DNA of 64,000 nucleotides from an archaeon (GTDB taxonomy: Archaea > Nanobdellota > Nanobdellia > Pacearchaeales > GW2011-AR1): NCBI GenBank assembly GCA_018657525.1, contig JABHWZ010000004.1:26245-90244 (forward strand). The letters run 5' to 3'. Position 1 is the stretch's first letter. Every line of letters starts with the position of its first letter. The notes under the pieces are model-generated. The model did no database searches and was not told where the DNA came from. It saw nothing but the letters and a program-made list of their open reading frames with translations. The translations under genes and the position numbers were made by a program. Shown here piece after piece: positions 57,642-64,000 of the stretch.

Positions 57642-57934
57642 AATTTACAATTTCCAGAACAATATGTTTTCGAATGTTTATCAATCAATTTTAAAATAGG
57701 TAAAATAGTTTTTTTATTTAAAGAATAAATTCTCTGTTTCCCCTTCTGTTTAAAATCCACAATATTGCAACTTTTCAACGAGGCCAATGCATGAGAGACT
57801 TTGCTCTGCTCAACTTTTAATTCTCTAGAAATTTCCCCCACACTTCGCGGTTTCTCTTTTAATTGAGAAACAATTTCAACTCTAAGTGGATTTGCTAAAT
57901 TACTAAAAAATACATGATATGTTGATTTTAACAT
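57623..57934 (-). CDS. arsR: ArsR/SmtB-family metalloregulator with C-terminal Cys cluster
   Basis: wHTH LANPLRVEIVSQLKEKPRSVGEISRELKVEQSKVSHALASL; C-terminal CSGNCKFCGGG. Confidence 0.75.
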   Translation of the reverse strand: MLKSTYHVFFSNLANPLRVEIVSQLKEKPRSVGEISRELKVEQSKVSHALASLKSCNIVDFKQKGKQRIYSLNKKTILPILKLIDKHSKTYCSGNCKFCGGGK

Positions 57935-57985
57935 TGTGTTATTTTAATTTTTAATTTAAATAATGCGGTGAAATGTGCGAAATAT

Positions 57986-58010
57986 TTCATATGAAACTAT
58001 ATTCATATGA
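57986..58010. promoter_or_regulatory. candidate ArsR operator: two copies of palindromic TTCATATGAA
   Basis: ttcatatgaa at 57986-57995 and ttcatatga at 58002-58010, about 50-75 bp upstream of the arsR start codon (minus strand). Confidence 0.45.
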
Positions 58011-58021
58011 CTTTATAAATC

Positions 58022-58360
58022 TTACCTTTTCCTTTTTAATCTTTTATCCAAATTTCTTTTATATAAAATAGCATGAATTATCAAAACTTTTCTATTTTTA
58101 GGGCAAGTAGCTATTGAAAAAGTTACATTTTTACTTAAACTATAAAATAATTCATATCCAAAATCTCCCTGTTTCAGTCTATCCTTTTCAATTTCAAATA
58201 CCTTATCAAATTTTGGGAAAATTTCTAAAACTTTTTCATGTTCTATTCCCCTTTTCATAATCCCAAACTGATAATACTTTGTAAAAATTAATTTTTTACC
58301 TTTAATTTTTTCATTAATAATCCTATTGATTTCCTTTTTATCCTTAATTAAAAATGTCAT
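58022..58360 (-). CDS. DUF4258-like putative toxin (RelE-fold) of a two-gene TA-like pair
   Basis: 112 aa; IFTKYYQFGIMKRGIEHEKVLEIF resembles the DUF4258 N-terminus (I..H...RM.ERGI..EEV); 4-bp overlap with the upstream gene. Confidence 0.45.
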   Translation of the reverse strand: MTFLIKDKKEINRIINEKIKGKKLIFTKYYQFGIMKRGIEHEKVLEIFPKFDKVFEIEKDRLKQGDFGYELFYSLSKNVTFSIATCPKNRKVLIIHAILYKRNLDKRLKRKR

Positions 58361-58689
58361 TGTATCAACAATGGTTTTTCAATTGCTTGGATGTTATATG
58401 GGATTCTTTCTATATTTTTTCCTGCCTTAAGAATAAAATAAATTAGGTACCCATTTCTACATGGTTTAAACATAATCTTCGCCTGATTTAAACTCTCCAA
58501 AATTCTAGGATTAATCCCAATAGATTTCAAATAACTTGACGCTTTTATCAATTCTATATTAGCAATTTTATTACCCGAAAGAAAGTCTATATTTAAATTC
58601 AAAAATCTAAGACTTCCTACAACATCTCCTTCATTACAGGAAATCATCAATCTATCTGAAAAATCATCATACATAAAATTCTTGGTCAT
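58357..58689 (-). CDS. DUF2283-like putative antitoxin
   Basis: MYDDFSDRLMIS...GNKIANIELIKAS matches the DUF2283 pattern YD.E.D.L.I...G.IVGIEIL.AS. Confidence 0.45.
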   Translation of the reverse strand: MTKNFMYDDFSDRLMISCNEGDVVGSLRFLNLNIDFLSGNKIANIELIKASSYLKSIGINPRILESLNQAKIMFKPCRNGYLIYFILKAGKNIERIPYNIQAIEKPLLIQ

Positions 58690-58703
58690 AATAAAATATA
58701 TTT

Positions 58704-59696
58704 TTACTTCTTTAAAAATTTACCCTTTTTATTCCAATTCTCCGCAATTTCAGTTAATTGTTTTTTTCTGCTATTCAATTTTTTCAAACTCACCAAAATA
58801 TATTCCTTAATTTCTTTTAATGCATGTTTATCACTATCTAACAAAAACTTATCTAAATATTCAGATAAATCTTCCAAAAGTCTATCATACATATAGAAAA
58901 TTAGAGCATTCTTATTTAATTTAAATTTTCCATAGCTTTTTTTATATCCCTTTAAAATTGACTGAATATTATTATTCGAATGTAACCATAAATCTTTTTC
59001 TCTTAGATTTGAACCAACTCCATCCCAATCAATAAGGAATACTTCATTTTTTTCCACAATCATATTTTCCCCAATTGCATCCCCATGGCACAAAACAAAA
59101 TCCTTTTTTTCTAATCTGTTTTTTAATCCTTTTGCTTTAATTAACAAGTTCATAATTATCCTTCGAGAAATTAATTTTTTCAATAAATTATTCTTTTCTA
59201 GCCTTTTTAAATTATTTATTAAACACTTTTCATAATGAGGAGGTGCATTGAAATTTTCTTTATTTAATCCATCTACATCAACTAAATTTATTGATTTATG
59301 GACGCTTCCAATTAATTTTCCAAAGTTATATGCTTCTTTTTTATTTAATTTCCAATTTCCTTCTGTTCTTCCCGAAATATATTCATAAATAATTAATGGG
59401 TTTCGCATAAATTTTGTTTTTAGTTTTCTTTTAATTGTAGGGATGGGATAAGAAATATTTTGAATTCCTGCTTTTGAAAATAAATCAAAATTGACTCTTA
59501 ATGTGATATTTAATCCCTTTGCAATCCCTTGCCCATATTTATTCATATTAATTATTTTCAGAAAAAATTGCTTCTCTTCAGAATTCAAAATAGCTGTGTA
59601 AGACATTTCACCGAGGGGAATTTCTTTTATCCTTTTGACTTTTATTCCATATTGTTTTTTTAAAAATTTTTTCAAAAGGATTTTATTGATTTTCAT
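58704..59696 (-). CDS. aminoglycoside-phosphotransferase-fold kinase (APH/CotS/choline-kinase family)
   Basis: catalytic VLCHGDAIGENMIV (HGD...N) and FLIDWDGVG (DWD metal-binding motif). Confidence 0.6.
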   Translation of the reverse strand: MKINKILLKKFLKKQYGIKVKRIKEIPLGEMSYTAILNSEEKQFFLKIINMNKYGQGIAKGLNITLRVNFDLFSKAGIQNISYPIPTIKRKLKTKFMRNPLIIYEYISGRTEGNWKLNKKEAYNFGKLIGSVHKSINLVDVDGLNKENFNAPPHYEKCLINNLKRLEKNNLLKKLISRRIIMNLLIKAKGLKNRLEKKDFVLCHGDAIGENMIVEKNEVFLIDWDGVGSNLREKDLWLHSNNNIQSILKGYKKSYGKFKLNKNALIFYMYDRLLEDLSEYLDKFLLDSDKHALKEIKEYILVSLKKLNSRKKQLTEIAENWNKKGKFLKK

Positions 59697-60406
59697 GCTC
59701 TCTTTCCCTTATGCAACTTTCTATCACTAACTATCTTACCATCTTTTAACTTAATCAAACGAGAAACATATTTTGTGTGCCATTCTTCATGTGTCACCAT
59801 CACAATTGTCTGACCGTATTTTTTATTCAACTCTTTAAAGACTTCCAAAACTTGCTCTGAAGTTCTAGAATCTAAATTTGCACATGGTTCGTCAGCAAAA
59901 AGAATTCTCGGATTTTTAGAAATTGCCCTAGCTATAGCAACTCTTTGCTTCTCTCCTCCTGAAAGTTCACCTGGGATTCTATTTAATTTATCTCCTAACC
60001 CCACTTTATCTAAAGCTTCCTTCGCAGTCAACATAGATTCTTTTTTAGATTTACCTTCCATCAAAGACAGCACATAAACATTTTCCAAAGCGCTCATTTC
60101 ATTCATTAAAGCATAATCCTGAAAAACATAACCTAACTGAGTCAGTCTATAATAAGTCCTTTCCTCTTCTGGCAATTGCCCCACATTTAATCCTTGAACT
60201 GAATATTCTCCCTTAGTGGGATTATCCATCAAACCGAGAATTCTCAACATTGTAGTTTTCCCACTTCCACTCGGACCCATAATCGCAACAAACTCTCCTT
60301 TCTTTATTCCAAAATTCACCCCATCAATCGCCTTCACAGTAACACTTCCAGATTTATAAAATCGTTTCATATCTTCAACTTTAATTAGTGTTTTTTCTTT
60401 TTTCAT
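59693..60406 (-). CDS. ABC transporter ATP-binding protein (MacB/LolD type)
   Basis: Walker A GPSGSGKTT; signature LSGGEKQRVAIARA; Walker B ILFADEP; H-loop VTHEE. Confidence 0.85.
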   Translation of the reverse strand: MKKEKTLIKVEDMKRFYKSGSVTVKAIDGVNFGIKKGEFVAIMGPSGSGKTTMLRILGLMDNPTKGEYSVQGLNVGQLPEEERTYYRLTQLGYVFQDYALMNEMSALENVYVLSLMEGKSKKESMLTAKEALDKVGLGDKLNRIPGELSGGEKQRVAIARAISKNPRILFADEPCANLDSRTSEQVLEVFKELNKKYGQTIVMVTHEEWHTKYVSRLIKLKDGKIVSDRKLHKGKRA

Positions 60407-60837
60407 TTTAATCTTTTTTCCATTAAAAGATAATTTCCATCATATCTTGAATTTATTTTTTTGAATCCAAATTTTTTATAAAATTTAGGAATCTCTGTTG
60501 AAATTAAAATAATTTTAGATTTAGGTTTCTTTTGTTTTTTTATTTGATTTATTAGCTCTTTCATTAGTTTCGTGCCAATTCCTTGTTTTTGATATTTAGA
60601 ATTTGTATTCATCCAAAAAATATTGAATACCGCATTATCAACCCAGGAAGAGATAAACCCTCCCAATGCCACAATTTCTTTTTTATTTTCCGCAACAAAA
60701 TAAGTGGGCCTAAGCAAAGATTCAGAAAACATTTCTTTTAACTCTTTATGCACTAATTGTTTTGGATATTTGGGATTATTAGTTTTAATTATTTCCAACA
60801 TTTTTAAAAGATCCTTTTTAGTAGCTTTTTTCATTTT
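60403..60837 (-). CDS. GNAT-family N-acetyltransferase
   Basis: acetyl-CoA-binding motif QKQGIGTKLMKELI; probable start at MKMKKATKK since the track ORF overlaps the permease gene. Confidence 0.65.
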   Translation of the reverse strand, partial: KMKKATKKDLLKMLEIIKTNNPKYPKQLVHKELKEMFSESLLRPTYFVAENKKEIVALGGFISSWVDNAVFNIFWMNTNSKYQKQGIGTKLMKELINQIKKQKKPKSKIILISTEIPKFYKKFGFKKINSRYDGNYLLMEKRLK

Positions 60838-62042
60838 CATCGTCCCCAAATTGCCTCCAATATATCCTCTTTCGAAACCCGCCAAGCAGGAAGAATTCCT
60901 GCAACCACCGACATAATCAGCATAGTAAGTACACTTTTAATTATTAATCCTGATTGAATTTCCGGAATAATTGTTATGCTTTCATAAAATGTAACCGGAC
61001 TTACCGTAAAATAATACATAAGTGAAAAGTGCAAAACCAACCCAGCAAGGATTCCCATTGAAACATAAAACATACTGATAAATGCATAAGTTAAAACAAT
61101 AGAACGGGGCGTGATTCCTATCGCCTTTAAAATTCCAATTTCTTTTTTCCTATGTAAAACATTAATATAAATAATAATTAAAATTAAAGCCGCGCCCACA
61201 ATTAAACTTACCAAATTAGAAACAACATTAATCATATCTATACTTTGCATTGCTTGCCGTAAAATTGCATCAGATTTCTCGTCAGCAGTAAATATTTCTT
61301 CATTAATCCCTGCCGCAATAATCTTCTCCTTGGCTTTCGCAGAATTAACATTACCCTTTAATTTTATAACAACACTTGTAGCTTTTCCCCCTTCTAAACC
61401 ATAAACATCTTCAATTTCTTTATAGTGAACTAAAGCATTAAGGTCCACAAGCTCAAAAGTCCCCTCCATGATGCCTTTAACTTTGTAAGTTCTTACAACA
61501 CCATTACCATAAACCACGTCGACAAGAGAACCAACTCCTACCGCTCCCAGATTATCATATATCTCCGAACCAAAATAACCTTCCACAAGCATCGCACCAA
61601 TTATGATTTCGTTTCTAGAAAGATCCCCTAAAAATTCTCCCTCAGCAATAATATTTGGATAATTAGAAATATCATATTCCTCAGAGGGAAGTAACCCTGT
61701 TATCGTCGATCCCACAATTTTTTGCTTATGCTTAATCGAAGCACCGACATCCAATCTTTTCGTAGCCGCATGTACATCTGGCACTGCTCTTGCTTTCTGC
61801 AAAACATTATCTGCATTGTTGATATAAGCATTATCGCCGCTTGGCTCCACAACAACATCCCCATACGGATATTGCATAAAATTAGTAAACATCCCAGAAA
61901 TTCCCCCAATCATCGAGGGCAAAAAAACCAGATTCATAAAAATCAGCGACAAAACAAAAATGATAAAAACTATTGTTTTTTTGTTTCCTCTTTTTATGGA
62001 ACTTTTTGCACCAAGCAATCCAACCTTAAGATCATTAATCAT
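60837..62042 (-). CDS. ABC transporter permease, FtsX/MacB-like (4 TM with large extracytoplasmic loop)
   Basis: N-terminal TM, large loop, then three C-terminal TMs ending ILPAWRVSKEDILEAIW, the typical FtsX-family terminus. Confidence 0.75.
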   Translation of the reverse strand: MINDLKVGLLGAKSSIKRGNKKTIVFIIFVLSLIFMNLVFLPSMIGGISGMFTNFMQYPYGDVVVEPSGDNAYINNADNVLQKARAVPDVHAATKRLDVGASIKHKQKIVGSTITGLLPSEEYDISNYPNIIAEGEFLGDLSRNEIIIGAMLVEGYFGSEIYDNLGAVGVGSLVDVVYGNGVVRTYKVKGIMEGTFELVDLNALVHYKEIEDVYGLEGGKATSVVIKLKGNVNSAKAKEKIIAAGINEEIFTADEKSDAILRQAMQSIDMINVVSNLVSLIVGAALILIIIYINVLHRKKEIGILKAIGITPRSIVLTYAFISMFYVSMGILAGLVLHFSLMYYFTVSPVTFYESITIIPEIQSGLIIKSVLTMLIMSVVAGILPAWRVSKEDILEAIWGR

Positions 62043-62063
62043 TTTTTCTCAATTTAGGAATCA

Positions 62064-62981
62064 TTATTTTTTCTTTTCACTCCCTTTAAGAAGTTGATGA
62101 ATAATATTATCCTTTGATTTTTTAACTTTTGAAAAATAATAAATTCCCCCAACAAAAAGAGCAAGAATGATTATCCAAAATAAAATGAATAATATATTTG
62201 TGGGTTTTTTCAAGACACTAATATTGATTTCTCTTTCAATTTGGTTTTCACCAAAGTCATCATAATATGAAATTAAAACTGGAAAAGTTTGCTCCCCTGA
62301 TTTGTCTACTATAAATGTGAATATTGCTGGACCATCTTCATCTGGTTCAAGTGTTCCAATAAAAGATTGTTTTAATCCTTGAAATGAATGATTCACATAA
62401 ACTTCTACTGATTTAGCAGTTCCTTTACCTGCATTTTCAATTCTCAATGTTAATTCAGCTATTTCTCCTTTTACTGGAAGTACGGGATCTGTTTTTAAAG
62501 ACGCAATATTCAATTCTGCCTCTTCTCCAATAACAGTTAAACTAAATTCTCCTTCTCTTAAAAATTCTCCATCCTCTCCAGAGTAATCGACTCGATATTT
62601 AACTATATACTCTCCTGGAATTGCTTCTGGCTTTGTGCCCATGTGAAATGTAATAAAACGTTTACTATTTGTATAACCCATTCGACCAATATCCTGAACT
62701 AAATCCTCTTTCACTTCAATTAATGGAGAGATATCAGTTATTGTAAAAACGACCTCGTCAGAAACTTTCGAACCGCAATTGTCAATTAAAATGCCAACTG
62801 TAAAGTCCTCATCAATTCCAATCGAACTCGGACTAATATCTGAAACTGCCACTTCAACACAATGTCCCGACGTCACATTTCCAGTCATATTAAAATATCC
62901 TAAAACAAACAAAAAAACTACACATGCCAAGCCAATCCAAAATCCATGCTTTCGCATAAATTCATTTAACCCCTTTTTCAT
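62064..62981 (-). CDS. bitopic surface protein (N-terminal TM/signal, extracellular beta-rich domain, C-terminal TM anchor)
   Basis: N-terminal hydrophobic FWIGLACVVFLFVLGYF; C-terminal TM ILFILFWIIILALFVGGIYYF followed by a basic tail; probably co-transcribed with the ABC transporter. Confidence 0.5.
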   Translation of the reverse strand: MKKGLNEFMRKHGFWIGLACVVFLFVLGYFNMTGNVTSGHCVEVAVSDISPSSIGIDEDFTVGILIDNCGSKVSDEVVFTITDISPLIEVKEDLVQDIGRMGYTNSKRFITFHMGTKPEAIPGEYIVKYRVDYSGEDGEFLREGEFSLTVIGEEAELNIASLKTDPVLPVKGEIAELTLRIENAGKGTAKSVEVYVNHSFQGLKQSFIGTLEPDEDGPAIFTFIVDKSGEQTFPVLISYYDDFGENQIEREINISVLKKPTNILFILFWIIILALFVGGIYYFSKVKKSKDNIIHQLLKGSEKKK

Positions 62982-63054
62982 AAGATAATTAGCTATTTGT
63001 TATTTATAAAACTAACTAGAAAAGAAAATATCTTAAAACACATTTGGTCAAGGA

Positions 63055-63093
63055 AATAAAAAAAATAAAAAAAAGCCGAGCCCGAAGGCCCGG
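63055..63093 (-). terminator. intrinsic-terminator-like hairpin (UUCG tetraloop) followed by oligo-T
   Basis: minus strand CCGGGCC-TTCG-GGCTCGG then CTTTTTTTTATTTTTTTT, immediately after the stop of the gene at 63103-63966. Confidence 0.6.
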
Positions 63094-63102
63094 TTAAATT
63101 TA

Positions 63103-63966
63103 CTATACGTCAAGTTCGTCTCCGTCAATATAGATTCGTCCACTAGTATTGCCAAATCGTCCTTGCCTTAAAGCCAATCCACCCGAGTTCCCCCCTATTA
63201 CATCGGCATCTACCCTGGGATTTAATAATCCACCTATAATGAGTTGTTCTTGATGCATCCCGTATGTATTCTCAGGGATTATGTGTACCCTTTCAGGCCA
63301 GGGCGAGGAAACAATGTTCTCATAACTTCTGTCGCCAACATATATGGTATTCCCGCTGACACTAAGTTTAGCAGATCCTCCTGAAACCTGACCCCAATTA
63401 AAACCATGGCCATGACTGAATTCTACAGGGTTGTCATAATATTGTGTTAGATCGACATCAAGACTACAGGGTCCTCCTTTTGCAAGGGGAGCCAGTGCTC
63501 TTACTAAATCCTGTAGAGGTTTTTTCTTGCTCTTAGATCTTTGAGAACAAATCTCTTTCCATTTTAACCCGAAGGAGGGATCTGTTTTGCTGAGTTGATA
63601 ATCTAATTTCATACCCCCTTTTTCCACATAAGGCCTTGACGAAGTTCCGATTATAGTGGTTTCAGAATTCATTTGCCTAATTGTTTGTATAAGATCATAG
63701 CCCACCGGAGAAGGAGAGTCGCCCAATCTATTTGGTAGTTCATCATCTAGTAAAACAAAGTCAAACCCCGTACTACTTACAAACGCTCTGGCAGAATTAT
63801 AAGTTCTTGCTACACCAACTCCAAGACTTCTTAAATCCTCCGCCGGATCTTCTGGTTCATCCATAGAATCTTCCCCCAAAAGCTCTAACCTATAATACAT
63901 ATCGAATAGTTTCATTACTTCCGGCGAATCTTCCACAATCAAAGTTCTTCCTTTTCTTCTTTCCAT
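63103..63966 (-). CDS. response-regulator receiver (REC) domain protein with uncharacterised Gly-rich C-terminal domain; GC-rich relative to the rest of the window
   Basis: N-terminus TLIVEDSPEVMKLF ... FDFVLLDDELP...G..L is REC-like; C-terminal about 170 aa unknown; GC roughly 45% versus about 30% elsewhere. Confidence 0.5.
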   Translation of the reverse strand: MERRKGRTLIVEDSPEVMKLFDMYYRLELLGEDSMDEPEDPAEDLRSLGVGVARTYNSARAFVSSTGFDFVLLDDELPNRLGDSPSPVGYDLIQTIRQMNSETTIIGTSSRPYVEKGGMKLDYQLSKTDPSFGLKWKEICSQRSKSKKKPLQDLVRALAPLAKGGPCSLDVDLTQYYDNPVEFSHGHGFNWGQVSGGSAKLSVSGNTIYVGDRSYENIVSSPWPERVHIIPENTYGMHQEQLIIGGLLNPRVDADVIGGNSGGLALRQGRFGNTSGRIYIDGDELDV

Positions 63967-64000
63967 TTTCTATCACCTCCTTTCATCACTATATTTCTCT

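Noticed and set aside
1-64000. Diversity-generating retroelement, integrase, transposase or other mobile-element genes
   Set aside because: No reverse-transcriptase motifs (YxDD), no tyrosine or serine recombinase, and no transposase-like ORFs recognised on either strand; the att-like repeats are therefore reported only as footprints.

Overview
AT-rich (about 30% GC by eye) archaeal chromosome segment, gene-dense, mostly minus-strand operons with 4-bp start/stop overlaps. Compact genes and archaeal information-processing proteins suggest a small-genome (DPANN-like) archaeon, though taxonomy cannot be confirmed from sequence alone. Recognisable core genes: RNase HII, an SMC-like ATPase, endonuclease IV, archaeal DnaG, aEF-1alpha, aEF-2, ribosomal S12 and S7, NusA, rpoH, unsplit rpoB and a fused rpoA'/A''. 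Also present: tRNA-Ser(GCU), tRNA-Met(CAU) and tRNA-Lys(UUU). A dNTP module (nrdR, class II RNR, dUTPase, a P-loop kinase, thioredoxin) and thioredoxin reductase plus a second thioredoxin sit further along, followed by IscU, cysteine desulfurase and an ArsR-controlled arsenite-methyltransferase operon. The window ends with a MacB-type ABC transporter block with GNAT and APH-like kinase genes, then a GC-rich receiver-domain gene. Candidate accessory or unusual content: (1) partial duplicates of tRNA-Ser termini around the intact gene; (2) a RelE-like orphan toxin beside tRNA-Met; (3) an SMC-head protein whose hinge is replaced by a central CxxC zinc hook; (4) the canonical rpoH...tuf cluster broken by several inserted blocks, with no L30e or S10 identified; (5) three loci where the last 22-23 nt of a gene are duplicated a few tens of bp downstream; (6) two tandem paralogous modules of a 72-aa Cys-rich protein plus a partner gene; (7) a secreted Cys-rich peptide gene beside a membrane-anchored winged-helix regulator, with perfect 23-bp direct repeats; (8) a DUF2283/DUF4258-like toxin-antitoxin pair. 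No CRISPR array, reverse transcriptase, integrase or transposase was recognised.
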